Shown one piece after another: positions 47,411-61,000 of a stretch of DNA of 64,000 bases. The position numbers were made by a program, and so were the translations under genes. The notes under the pieces are model-generated. The model made no database searches, was not told the DNA's origin, and saw only the letters and a list, made by a program, of their open reading frames with translations. The stretch is taken from NCBI RefSeq assembly GCF_032444005.1, contig NC_091290.1, forward strand, positions 130,076,001-130,140,000. The letters run 5' to 3'. The DNA is from Ranitomeya imitator. Taxonomy: Eukaryota. How positions within the stretch are numbered: position 1 is the first letter of the stretch; every line of letters starts with the position of its first letter.

Positions 47411-50400
47411 TGAATTTTCTAAACGGAGTTGTGGATATTTTTTATTTATAAACACGCCCTCTTTTTTACATTTCCCACCTCTTTTTTAGGCTACGCCTAC
47501 ATATGCGGCTTGTTGCTGCAGCATGAATGTGCATCTAGACTTAATATCAAAGTGAAGAAAACCATAGCATGGCACTGCCCAGCTTGAGGTTTGTGCTGAA
47601 CCAGGGAAACTCGCCAACATTTCAAAGTGCCTCTCAGATCTTTTGGGTGAGTTGACAGGTATTACCTGTTAGTAAGATCTGATTATTTCGGATTCAACAT
47701 ATTTTTCAAAGAGAACACATGGGTCACTGGGTCCTTAGTCCTTCATTCAATTATTCAATGTAACTTCCAGAAAATATACGGCTCTTTGTCTGCACCATTT
47801 CTGAAGGGCTTGATAACTTTTTGGTAAGTATGGAAGTTGTTGCATTATTGAGATCAATAAGGAGACATCAAATCCTTTACAAGAGATGTTTTGGGGTTTT
47901 CACACGCTATATTAACAATGTGAGACCACAGCATAATTAGAGATGAAGGAATCAATTTTAAAAATGATCAATTTTGATAAAAATTTACCCAAATTTTGGC
48001 TTCCAATAAATCGAAAATGTTTCGAATTTGATTTCTGTGCATCCAGCAAATGGACGCCATTTAGTTAGATTCTGAAGGACACATCTTCTTGGATTTCCCA
48101 GATGAGTACCCACCCAGCCGTAGTCCTCCACACATTTACTCTTCAGCCTACTTCTTTCTTCTGGTACTACCATTGACTCAGCAATCACATGGGGTAAGAA
48201 ATGTATTATTAATATTGATGAGGAACATTGCGACCCAATGAAGAGATGTGATGTATGTCATTAATATCATTAAGAGGTGTTGCAAACCAGATAACTATAT
48301 GGAGTCTAACCAAATGAGAAGGAAGACCCCGAAGTGGTCAGAACGAGACACCTGGAGAGGGGTTAATCAGGAGGTGGAGGGACAGCTTTAGGGAAGGCTG
48401 AAGAACAGTGAGTAAAATCGATAATTTTTTTAACCATTTCGATTGGCACCGAACATATTCAATACATATCAAATTTTCACCTCTCTCTGAGTTGAGCAAA
48501 TGAGCATGAATTGATTTTATGTATATTCATTCAACTGGAGCCTTTAAATTACATTAATATTGAATAGCGAATGTGTTAATTTGATTTTAATGTCCTGTTC
48601 TTGTTAAATTACATCATCCCACCGATTTAAAAGGAGATTTCCACCTAACGTGATGGTAACGTGATGTCATCTCGTTAGGATGTGCTGTCACTTTACGACT
48701 CAAACACCCAATAATCCTGAGAATGAAGAAGTACATCTCACCAAGTTGGTCACCTTCTAAGTTTTTCTTTACATAGAATTACTCTCAGCCACCCAATTGT
48801 GCTGGGAACTGGACATCAATGAATGGGATGCAGTAGTGAGTGCTGAGGTCCCTTCACTTTCAGGACTGATGAGGGTTAGAGGTAAGATTATAAATTCAAG
48901 TAGAACTCTACGAGAAAATTACAAAAATCCGCATTCGCCAAAATGCAGATTTTAAGTAATTCCGATCTGCGTGGACTGTGTCGCTGTTGGCCTTCATTTT
49001 TCTGAACTTTAAAGGGCCATCAAAAGGTTAAAGAAAAGAAAAAGATACACACCTTGCTGCTCACCCCTTCAGCCCCTCTGCTCCTCACTGTCACCCACCC
49101 CCCCCCCCAGTCCTCATCGCATTTTCTGATTCCCGAACCTTTCATACTGAGAAAGGACTTCTGGCTGTCATGAGGTTTGGGATGGTTCTTTGCATGCGCG
49201 TTCAAGATCGTGGTGCTAGTTGTCGTAATAACATGATCCTGTGACCTTTCGCGCTCATGCTCATCACAGAACCTCCCGCACCTCATCAGAGCCAGAAATC
49301 TATGTCAGTTTAAGATTTTATAGTGCGCGAATCAGAAGATGTGATGAGGAATGGACAGGTGAAGGTGAAGGTGAAGGTGAGGAGCAGAGGAGTCAGAGAG
49401 GGGAGAGGTGAGATAAGTATTTTTTTAATTGTTATTTACTTATTGAGTTTTTTATGTTCTAGGGTCTGGACAGATCCCTGAGCATAATAAGGGACATTAA
49501 AAAGTTTCTAAGCAAAAAACGTACAGTCAAATTTTGCCTGATCCGCTCATCTTTAGTGAGGGTCCTAAATATGCGATCCCTACCATTTATAGAGTAATGT
49601 CATGCCCCTAGAGATATAACATTACTTCACAAGATTGGAATAAGCCTTTAAAACAATCCATGGTGCAAATTACTGGTTAATTTCTTACTGTGTGAACAAA
49701 ACTCCATATGTTATAGTCTTCATAGTGTAATTCTACAAGTCCTAATTGTTTCCATCTTTATATAACACTGATATCAATTTTCCTTCCTAAACTGCACTGT
49801 CAATTTAGAGTAATTATTTCCAAACTTCTCTCCGATGGCTGCAAAGGATAGAGGGGGAGACGCTGAGCTCGGGGATATATAATGTTGAATGGTTTTAAAA
49901 TATTTTTGTATGTTAAAACCGTGTAAACGTAAAGACAGCATGAGAGTCCAGTTGCTCCGCCCACATACAGCGTGGCAATTTTTCCTGGGTAGGTTTGAAT
50001 TCAAACTGTCAATCAATAAGTGTGGGCGGAGTCAGTAGGACTCACAGGCTTTCTACATAATTTAAGTCTTTTATGTGAAAGTATGGAAGTTTACCATCAA
50101 AAGTTATATATTTCCGAAATCAGTATTTCACCCTTTATCCTATTCCGCCCTCTGATAAAGATTTGACATATCTCCTTAAAATAATGTTACCAATAGGAAA
50201 AAGGAGAAAAATGATTGCTGCCCGGTCTACGATATCATCAGTACATTTAGGACCTATGGAAGTTTCCATAAAAATCCTTGTCATGGTTTCAAGAGAAACA
50301 TCATTTCAAGGTCTACAGGTCAGAAGAACCAAACCATCATAATTTACCGTAGCAAAAAAAATGTTTATTATGGAATGAACGGACTGTGTTGGTGGTATGC

Positions 50401-53400
50401 CTGCACCCAGGGAGGATAAATGTTTAGATTTTGAGGCCAGGGTTGGGGGGAACATTAGCATTCAGGTTTATGGAGACATGTGGCGACCATTTGAGGAGTT
50501 TAAGCTTCTAAAAAGCTGATAGAAGACATAACATCCATGGCGGGTGCTGGACTTTAATGTATCCTAGTGCCAGTGTTTTTGTGATCTTGACAGATTTACA
50601 AGCTCGTCGTTTAACCCTTTTATGTTTCATCATTGACTCTTTCTTACACATCCTTCTCCATCACTTGTATCGATGGTCTCCCTCCTGCCCGCATCTTTCT
50701 CTATAATGACTCTCATGGTTGTTAATTAATGGACTTTTGAAGAGCGAAGAATTGGTACTTTAGGGCCAATTTTTCATGCATTTTATATCCCTGCCACTTT
50801 ACCATTTTTTTTTTTTTGAAATTCAGACAATTCCTGTGTGACTAGAAATAAAACATTACTTACATTGTGATTATATTACTTTTTATGGTTCATATATTGC
50901 GCGTAGCACCGGTTTTATTATATCTGTGACATGCATACATAATATTTCCAGTCTATCGCTAAACAAATGTCTTTTTAACCTTTATTCCCCCGAGGCATTT
51001 TTTTTTCTTTTTTCCTTTTTTTTTCTTTTGATTCTGAAGGAAAGCATTATCACTTAAAGAGTACCCATTGAAATATAGTAATACCCTTAAAGGGATAGTC
51101 CCAACTAGGTAATTCATTACCTCTCCACAGTTTCACAGTGCTCGGCTATTTCTTCGTAGATGGAAACTAGAGATGAGCTTATTGTTTCGAAGGAAATAAA
51201 AATTGCTCTAATGCCACCTGATGTCCTTTTGCTGGATTTTTTTGAGGGCCATGAAGGATTTAAAGGGAATCTGAGACCTTGATTCAGAAAGCTGCCAATC
51301 AGTGGTGTGGGCGGTGTTATACAACTCAGCATTCAGAGCTGTGCTTGCTACTTCCCTCCAGTTCTAGTTTACTTTGTTTGTGTTCCACCTTAAGTACAAA
51401 CTAAGACCTTGGGCAAAGCATGTTATGACATCAGATGAGGTCTAGTCAGCACAGGAGGCACTAAAGATTGAAGGCTGGACAGAGGATGACTAAAGCCAGA
51501 AGGAAGGAGCCATCAAAGAAAGTGGCATGGAGCTGTGGCAGCAGGACAAATAAGGCTGCATGCCCATGATCAGCAATAGTAGCATTTTGGACGCAAAATA
51601 CTTTAGCTGTGTCCGAAACACTGCGTTCTACATTCCGCACTTGTGTTTTGGAACTAGCGTCTCCACTACATTAATTTGCATGTTGCGAATCAGAAACCCG
51701 CACCGTACAGCGGGTGAGTCTATGCAGCAATAAAAAGAAGAACAGTGGTCATGGGCTTTTTTTATAAATCCTGTCCACTGTGCCTGTAATGTAGAACGCA
51801 GCTTTTTGGACAATACGCTGGTTCCAAAACGCTACTATTATTGATCGTAGGGTCTCAGCTTAAGAGGTGAGGCAAGAATAATATTTTTTAATTTTTTTTT
51901 AACCACTCCTTGTATTATGCTCTGGGTTCTGGAGATGGTCATCAGAGGGTAAAAATATCCTTTACTGGCAATCGAGGCCCATTTGATTAGAATTATGCAA
52001 ATTTGCTGCAAACCAAATTTTCTGGCTTAATTCGAGCAAGTCTGCCACGGCTCCTTTCAGATGAGCCATATCAAGGCCCCATTACGAAGATCAGTGGGAC
52101 CCCCAACAATCAGTAAGTTATGACCTATTCTGAATAAAGATCATAACTTGCTCAGCTGGGAAAACCCCTTTAAAGGGAATCTGTCAGATGATTCTTGCCG
52201 CCCAAACTGCAGACTCGATGAGTCAGAACCTGGAAAAAAATAGAAGTCAGGAAAAATAAAGTTTGAAGGTCTGATCGGGGACCATGAAACTAGTCCGGCA
52301 CTGCCCTTAGCTGTCTTCTCCCTGCGCCACTCAACTTGATTAACTGTTTTTTTCCATATTTGTATATAGAGATAGACCTTGCAATCACGTGGAGCTGTGC
52401 AGGGGGAAGCCCACCATTGGCAATGCTGGACTAGCATCATCTCCGACTATGGTCCTTGGCTGGACCTTCAAACAATACTTTCCTTGAAACCTCGGAACTA
52501 TAAAATATTCTCTGCTACATTCCTGGGTAGTATGAATTGAGTAATAAGTTCCCCTTAAGGTGGTTTCAGTTCTTTGGATTAACCTTCTGTTAATTTTTGA
52601 ATTTCTAGTATATTTTACAGAGCCCCCAAAAATAATATGGTTAAATAATACAGTAAAGTAGGGAAATATCCTGACAATCAAGATCAATGGCTTTCTCTCA
52701 TGTAAGATATATAATGTATCATTCCTAGAAAACAGATGTATTTTCACCTGTTTAGTTCCACAGAATTACTAAGTAGAAGCTGCAGCCGCATCCCCCTCCT
52801 CTCCCCTTTACACCATATGACTTAGGAGGTGGTTTCTAGATATCCTGCATGCAGAGAACGGAAAACTTTTAATTTTTTGCGCCAAAAAATAAATTATGGG
52901 AATAGATGAACAAAGTAAGGATTATCCTTCAAGAGTCGGCAGCTTCATCCTTGTCTCTTGCTCCAATGACGGAGACTCCGAAGATCAATTCACCAAGAGT
53001 TTTTGTAAACCAAGTTCAAAATAGTCACTCCCGATATTCCATTTTCAAGGGAATTTATATGGGATATGCCATAACCTTATGATTGCTGGGGGTCTCATTT
53101 CCGGTACTCCCACCAATCTGGTATCCTTAGATTTTTTTGGGCACCCTAGCATTGTAACCAGCCCTTAGGGGATAGGCTACAGTACAAAATCAGGTTGTTG
53201 AGGGTGTCGATATGTAGGTGATCAACAGGAATGGAAATGCAGAGTTGAAGCAGCATTGTGTCCCCTTCCCCATCATGGTGTTCCCTCTGTTCTTTGATCT
53301 CACGATTGATGGACTCCTACGTTTTGGACATGACCAATAATAAATATCCTGGCAAATTAATGTCTGAAATGAGAGACACAGTAGACATCAGTCATACACA

Positions 53401-54030
53401 GGATTTATCATAATCCTGAAAATTAATTGCTAACATATCATGGACAGGCTAAAGGCCCGCATCCTCGGTATAAGCCATAGGCAAGGCCAGACCTCGCATC
53501 TCATTTCACGTTGGAGGTCAGAAAAGAAGCCACAGGATTCATCGCCGGCTTTTATATTTTCATAACCTTCCTCAAAGGCAGTAACTTTCCAGCAGATTTA
53601 CCATTCTTGCTAAATTAGCTCCGGCAAAACAGAATTGCTACTGACAAATGCCAATTGAGGTTTTCAACAATCTGCATAGCAAATGAGACAGCTGAAAATA
53701 GATCGACCATATTTCTGCTTGTCATCTTGGATGGCTTCGTGACACATCTGACTTTTCTGATGACAATCGTGTTGACTGCCCCTGATTAGTCCCACTGTTG
53801 GGTCTTTTTTCTGAATATCATATGTAGCAGGGCTGAGGGAGTCAGGTGTAGGAGAGTAAAGTTTATCAAGTTAAGGTGACGCTTATTAATGAATTTCCAA
53901 ATGGGGAACTTGAAGCTCATGGACCCCAAGTCCAATCCTGTAATGGAGCCACCAACTGATACATGATATGGCGCAGGTAACCTTTTGACACGCTCTGACT
54001 ATAGGATTTAAGTGTACTCTTTGCAGTTAA

Positions 54031-55356
54031 AGGGGTTGTCTGTGACTTTAACATTGATGGTCTTTACTTATGATAGGTCATTAATGTCTGATAAGGGGGT
54101 GCGACATCCTGCACCCCCGCCGATCATCTGTTCCCGGTGTTGGCATCAGCCATAACAGCACAGTTATGGAGTTGCACAGTTCTGTTGAATGTGTAGTAGC
54201 CATGGCCGGGTACTGCACATCTGCCCACTATTCAAATCAACAGGGGGCAGATGTGCAGTCCAGTCGATGCCACTACTCAGTCGAGGGAGCTCTGCTGTGC
54301 AGTATCGTAGCTGAGCAGTTCTGAGAACAGCTGATCTGTAGGGGTGCTGGGTGTTGCAACCAAACCAGATACTGATGACCTATTGTTAGGGCAAGCGGAA
54401 TGCACTGAGTAAATAGAGATGTTTTTATTGATATTGGTGCGTTCGCAGCCCGGGGTCCATCGTGCAGGAGTACCTGCTGCTAGCAAACAGCGGCACTATA
54501 TGGCGGTATAGACCAACTCAGTTAATTCACCGAGTAGCCGTGAAAGAAAAGCACCGTACCCTGTTAGACTCCACAGAGGCACAGGCTAACTGCCCAAACA
54601 GAGAGCAGTCAGTGGTCACACACGTACCCATAACTCCTTGCCAGAGGAGCCAGCATTCTAGGGGCTTATTTCAGCCGGTTCCCTTAATACATCCAAACTC
54701 CTCACCGGAGGTGCCAGCATTCTAGGGTCTTATTTCAGCCGGGTCTCTGAAAACACACTCATGTGACCACACTGGCGCAAAGCACATAACAATAGACAAT
54801 ACTAGCACATGGCCGTGCGGCCATGCGAGCCTTAAATAGTTGCAGCACGTTTAGGACCTTTCAAAGAAGGACCAATGGAGTTGCTGCAGTACCTGAGCAT
54901 GTGACCCCAGATCTCCACTGAGAGATCTTGCCCTGGGCATGCTCAGAGTGCAAAGCAGGACTTAGTCCTAGCACCTACAAGGACCTTCCAAGAAGGACCA
55001 ATGACCTTAGCTGCAGTATCTGATCATGTGACCCTCGATCTCCACTGAGAGATCTTACTCTGGGCATGCTCAGAACGTGAAAAGCAGGACTTAGTCCCAG
55101 AAACGTCTGCTCACCGCTGCCCAGCACTGACTTTAATGGCAGAAGTAGGAAATGCAGCAGTAACTCTTAGCACAGTGTCAGACTGAGCGAGACGCTGGGT
55201 TCGACGTCTCTGCTGAGCAGGCTCCACTGCGGCAGGAGAAGAATGGGAGACCGCAGCAGCGATGGCCCTAGATTCCCCCTGTGCAGAGGCAGGAACTCGA
55301 CCCCTAACACCTATCCTAATTATATGCCATTGATGTTAAAGTCCCGGACAATTCCT
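54031..55356. mobile_element. T2/Kolobok-type MITE split by a solo LTR
   Basis: TTAA|AGGGGTTGTCTGTGACTTTAACATTGATGG...CCATTGATGTTAAAGTCCCGGACAATTCCT|TTAA. Confidence 0.85.
54384..55309 (-). mobile_element. Gypsy-type solo LTR (926 bp) with perfect 5-bp TSD
   Basis: TGTTAGGG...CCCTAACA termini; CCTAT at 54379-54383 and 55310-55314. Confidence 0.93.
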
Positions 55357-55781
55357 TTAAAGCTCATTTAGGGTCATAAATAGGGCTACATTATCATTGA
55401 TATAACTCTGTATATAAGAAAATCAGTTTTGCTATATCTTTTCAAAAATGTAGTGGCAATAAAAAAAAGGGGAACTAAGCAATTACAAAAGGAGTGTAAA
55501 GCACTTAAAATATATTCCCAGCACATCTTCCTTAAGCCTCCCCTTTTCTTTAAAACTATTTATTATAATATAGAAATACTTTGAATACAAAAACTCTCAA
55601 TATGTTTACTAGGAGGTCAGCTATTCCCCCCTCCTCCACCTCACTATTAACTGGCTGCAGCCTCCTCTCTTCTGTCTGCAGTAGAGAACAAAACTAGTTG
55701 AGTCTGCCCAACTGACTAAGCTCCACATTTTCTCTTTAAACAACTCCCAACTGAAAATAGAGCAGATCAGCAAGAGATTAA

Positions 55782-56199
55782 AGGGGATATCTGGGACATT
55801 AAGCAAAAAATGTGCCTTAGCACTAACAGGCATGTAGTTACTAACAGAGGCAACTATTTACCTGTTGTGCACAGCGCTGGTCATTGACCGCTCCTGCCAG
55901 AGATTCTGCTGCTTCTGTCAGCAGAGCAAGAGTTTCTCTTCCTGTTAACAGGGCGGAACTACTGGCGTCATGCTGATTGTCAGCGAGATTCCCCAATTAG
56001 CCAACTGTCTATCAGCATAACACCTACAGTCCCGCCCTGTCAACAGGAAAAGAAACTGCTGCTCACATGATGCCAGCAAAAGTCTGTGACTGCTTTGTGC
56101 TGGTGTAGAACAACGCTGGGCACAACAGTCAAGAAGGTAGCAACTACCTGCCTCGTTAGTTCTTAGACACATTTTTTTTTTAAGTCCTGAACATCCCCC
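55782..56199. mobile_element. T2/Kolobok-type palindromic MITE (family of 41359-41745)
   Basis: TTAA|AGGGGATATCTGGGAC...GTCCTGAACATCCCCT|TTAA; shared internal palindrome CCTGTT.ACAGGGC...CATGCTGAT. Confidence 0.88.
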
Positions 56200-57658
56200 T
56201 TAACTGCTGCATTGGCCATTTTAGGAACATACTGGAAATCCAGCCTGCTGACAACCAGTGAGGGCAAAGTTATTTGCTGTTTTATTTTATTATTTGCCAG
56301 ACCTTCTTCCTTAACGATGTCCTCTCCTTTAATCTTATCTATTAAAACTTAGAAATACTTTGTTTAAAAAAATTATCACTGTGTTCCAAGAGGCCAGCTA
56401 TGGCTCCCCTCATCTTCCTTTTCCTATCTCATAAGTTAGCTGACTGAAGCAGAAGCCTCCCCCCACTACTCTGATTGCCATAGGACAAAAATATTCTGAA
56501 GCCTGCCCCCTTGGCTAAGCACCACCTCTTAAGTAAAAATGGAACAAATTAGCAGGAGATCAACCACGGTGTTCTCTGCCTGTTAATTGAATGTTTCAAA
56601 AACATCATACTGGTAATCCTGAAGACTGATGACCAGTGGAGGCTTCGCTATCTGCTGTCCTTTAATATTATTTATTTCTAAGTTTAGTGTTCTTTTAGTA
56701 AGCTGGACATAGATGTATTTCACAAAAGTTGAGTAATGGCCCATTGGTAAGGGTATTGGTGTATAGGGCGCAGTGGCAGGAGTTATACCAGGAACCTGGG
56801 GCTGGAGGGGATTCAATGATACGTAAAAAGACATTATTATGGTTGACCCTGGTGGGCTAAGTGGGACATGCTCTTCTGTACCTAACATTAATTGCTTTCA
56901 TGCATTTCTAGATGTAGATGGTGACAAACTATTTGGATGTATGGACATTATAGAGAAGATTCTCCTACCCGAGACTCTATGAACTGCTGTATGAGATTGC
57001 CTTTGTTTTTGGCAGATTCGAGACATCCTGGCTTCACAGTACATGTTCGGCAATATATTTGGCGTACAATAGTCTTTCCCAGGCGAAGTCAGCCATGATG
57101 CTTATAGGTGCCAACATTACTAATCGCCAATGAATCTGCATTTTAGAATGGGGTTGACTTTGATGAGAAAACCCCTTTAAAGAGGGATCAACTGTGCTGT
57201 TTTTTGCTTTTGTTTTATTCCTACTGCTCCCATGAGTATTCCTTTCTTGATTTTTTAAATACGCCATTCGGTTCTAGGGATATATATGTCTTTTTATTTT
57301 AGTGCTTAACTTTTATGGTCCTAGGGGGCGTGGTTCACAAGACTAAAGACACCCCCCCACACAGAATCCTGTGAGCCACACCCCCTTTGTAAAGATTGTT
57401 AAAACTAGCACCAAATGAGAAAGCCCATATCTCTGGAATCGCATGGTAGATTTACAAAAAAAAAAATGAAATACCCAGGGAAGCAGCTTGAATTAAATTA
57501 GACCAAAAACTCTCCACTTTTGACCTGGACACAGGTCCTCCTTGAAGTGAACATTAAGATTGTGATTTGGGTTATATCCAGATGATTCAACTTTAAGCTT
57601 GTTAGATGCAACATTGCGCGGTTTCTGAAACATGCAACTCATCATGTACTTCTTACAT

Positions 57659-58047
57659 AGGAAAAGAAGGAAAGATCCATCTTCCAATCCAGGTACATAT
57701 AAAACAAATTACTTTATTGTAAAAAATTAAAAATATTTGACAAGAAGATGAAAAATTGCACACCAACGATCTAAGCTGTGCAGGGGAAACTTGTGGGTCT
57801 CATCATCAGATGCATTTTCAACGCTACCTACGCTCTTAGACTTGGTTTGAAACTTGATCTCTTGACCTAAGAGCTCAGGCAGTACTCAAAATGGTTGATA
57901 AGACATCCAAGTCCTCAACTCACACCTTAGATTGTTGGTATGTAATTGTTCATCTTCTTGCAAAATATTTTCAATTATTTGCAATAAGGGAATTCATTTT
58001 ACAGTATATATGCCTGGATCGGAAGATGGATCTTTCCTTATTCTCCT
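57659..58047. mobile_element. Foldback element with ~110-bp imperfect inverted arms
   Basis: AAGGAAAGATCCATCTTCCAATCCAGG (57667-57693) is the reverse complement of 58013-58039 with 1 mismatch; the arms continue imperfectly inward. Confidence 0.75.
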
Positions 58048-61000
58048 GAGCAGTGACTGTGATCGTGGGCTTCCATGCTGATTCTTCCTTTGAAACGATG
58101 AGCTGGTCTTTTTTCCTTCTTCATGTAATTTTTACGTAGAACTGCAAATTTACCAAGAGTCTGAAAGAATTAAAAAACAAACCCAGTTTTGTTAGTCTTT
58201 ATTTCCAAAAAAGAACATTTTCAAAAAGCTATTAAACGGTGCCCAGACATCAAAACTTTAGGAAGAGGAGATATCAATGACCTTTATATGAATTGACGTA
58301 TAGTGAGAAATCCCCACTCATTATATGGGACGCTCTCGGTCTGTACACTACATCAGCCATGATTTACATTCAGCTACATATTTTGTTTATTATGGGAAAG
58401 AGGCTATGGATTATTGCCAAGGTTACGAGACAAAGGTTTGCGTTGGCTTCGCCCAGACCTCTAAGAGTTCACTTTAAGTTTAGATGTTGCACTATGAAGA
58501 GTTTAGGAGGACTGCAACTAAGAGCTTAGAATTCCTTAAGTATCCATGTACGGCACATAAAAACGAAATTCATAGCAGAAACTTTTCCCCCTAACCTCCT
58601 GCACTCACCGCCTGTTGTAATTGGAGCAGATGTGAAATGGCAAATGAAACATGGAAGGGAAGAAAGTTATTTCGAGGCACACAAAGAACGTGGCCAACTT
58701 TGCCACTGGCAAAGGCATCTTCTGTAACGTCTCAGAAAACAGGCCTTCATTATTGTCTTAACTGGTTTCTGCTTAGAGATTATATTTCTTATCACCAGTA
58801 GCTGCAGCAGATAAGAAACCAGGGATCAAACAAGCGATAGGCATCAGGATCATAGATGAGAGCCAGGCTTCCTCTGAAGACGATAACAGGCTTCTATGTA
58901 AAGCCATCATTGTTTTCTTCCAGAATTCAGAGAATGGCTAATGATAAGACCTTACTTTGTGTCGTGTCATCAAGCGCTTCTCAAGGAAATGATCTGCTTG
59001 ATATAAATTGTGCTCAACGAGTTATACATAATGAATCACACACAGGTCTTATAGGAGTTATTCTACTTTTGCATCTCCCAGTGGAAGCCTCTTGATATGA
59101 TGTTTCGTCAGCCACTGTCCAGATCTCAGGTTTTGGGCACTTGCCCATTTACTTAGAATGGGACACATGGAATATACCTGCCAGATGTGCAACGTACCAG
59201 CTTTTCTGACCAACTAATGTGTATGGGTATCTTCAAGTTCGCCTCAATTTATTCCCGAGAGACAGTGATGAAGCTTGAAGCTTGTAGGCTGGGCTCCAAT
59301 AAAAAATCTTGAACAGGGACCCCAAGTATCACATTGGTCTACGCTTCTGGGCCAAATGGACTTTTTTGCCCCCTTCTCCTCCAAGATCCTAGAGCCTAGG
59401 CCTAGGTGAAACTTCCATCCCTGTGGCCACATTGGTTAAGATAGAACCTTTGAGGAGACAAGCCACCACCAAAGGTATCGGGAGCAACTTAGCTACGCAC
59501 GCTGTTTTTTTTTAGCAATCAAAAAACACCAAGTTTTCATGTGAAAATTTTTTCCTTCCTGGATGAATGTTTGAAGAAGAATTTTTGCTTATTGAAGATA
59601 TTTTGAAGCATTTTGGAAGAGGCTCTTCTTCTCGAAACATTTTTGCTATCATCTAATTGAACAATGCTCAGATTGGGGCAGATTCTATTAGGAGCTGCTT
59701 AAAAGTAGAGAAATACCATTTTTATTTTTTCGAATTCAAGCATTTTTTTAAAAAATTGAACAGAAACAAAAATGCTCAAAAGACTTAAAATATGAACAGC
59801 AAACTGGTTTTACAATGAAAAGGAATAAGAAAAACAAACATGTTTTTTGCTGGAGTTGATCCTCTCCAAACAAATCCTAAAAATAACTATGTGTGCACAT
59901 ATGCTTATTCTCCTCATACAGAACACATGAATGTTTAGTCAAGTGGCATAAGGCCACCAGCCAATGCAAATGTTTTAAAGCAGTTTCATTATAGCTGGTC
60001 ATGGGCCGACCAATCCTAGTCTAGCTCCATCCATTTCGGCATAGATAGGAGAAACTGTTGTGAAGATGTCAAAAGTTGCAAAATTTATGGTCCTAAATTT
60101 TGAGACCTTTCAAAGCTTTTACGCCAGAATCCTGACGTGAAAGCTTTGATGAATTGATGCCAAAGTATTTTTCATCCGTACTCTACTACAAACAGAACCT
60201 GATCGGCAAAATGGGGAATTATTATTTCTTGCGCTAGAATGGACTGTCATGGGAAAACAAGTTAGAATAGTTGACAACTTACTGGTTGGTGGAGGAACTA
60301 AGCTAGGAACCGCAACTTTGATTCCCCACTATAATGGAGCGGCAGTACCGATGCTCGATAGACACTCCAATTATTCTCCAAAAGCCTGCTGAAAAAGCAG
60401 ACCAAAACACTCGGCTGCCTCACAGTGTGATCCAATTCTCTCAGGTGAGGAGTAGACGGAGAAAAAAATGTCTCCATCTTCTCCACTCCGTCAGATGTCC
60501 GACTGCAGTCTGATGGTTTCCGCAAACTCATTGACTTGCATGTCTGACTGTGAGCCTAATTTGGGATGAAACTCAAATATTCTTTTATTTTTTCAAATCA
60601 GACATGTACACGGCCCCATGGAATAACATTGGTCCAAGTGCGGTCCGATGTTTTGTCGGATCGCATTCGGGCACAAAATACGGGCCCTTGGGGCAGGTTC
60701 ACACGACCATAGAAAAAATCGTTCAGTTTCGTCCAGAAAAGTGGGACGATTTTTTTTTCATTTGTCCTCCCCACACGATCCAATTATTTTTAAGCAGCAG
60801 CTGTTAATCATTTAGAAGACAATTTACAGTTTCCTATGTTACAGAATTGCAATGTATCCGTAAAAATCAGCTCCAACACTGTGGCATCTGATTATTTTTT
60901 TTGCGCTCTTGAATGGGCGAGTCTCATCTGATTTAAGCAATTAATGTAGGCTGCAAATTTTTTCACATTAAGGAGAAAAAACGTTGCTCATCTGCACAGC

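Noticed and set aside
58035-58160. Minus-strand acceptor (TTTTTTAATTCTTTCAG) followed by a 40-codon frame TLGKFAVLRKNYMKK...
   Set aside because: The frame ends in a stop inside the adjacent foldback element, and the peptide is unrecognised.
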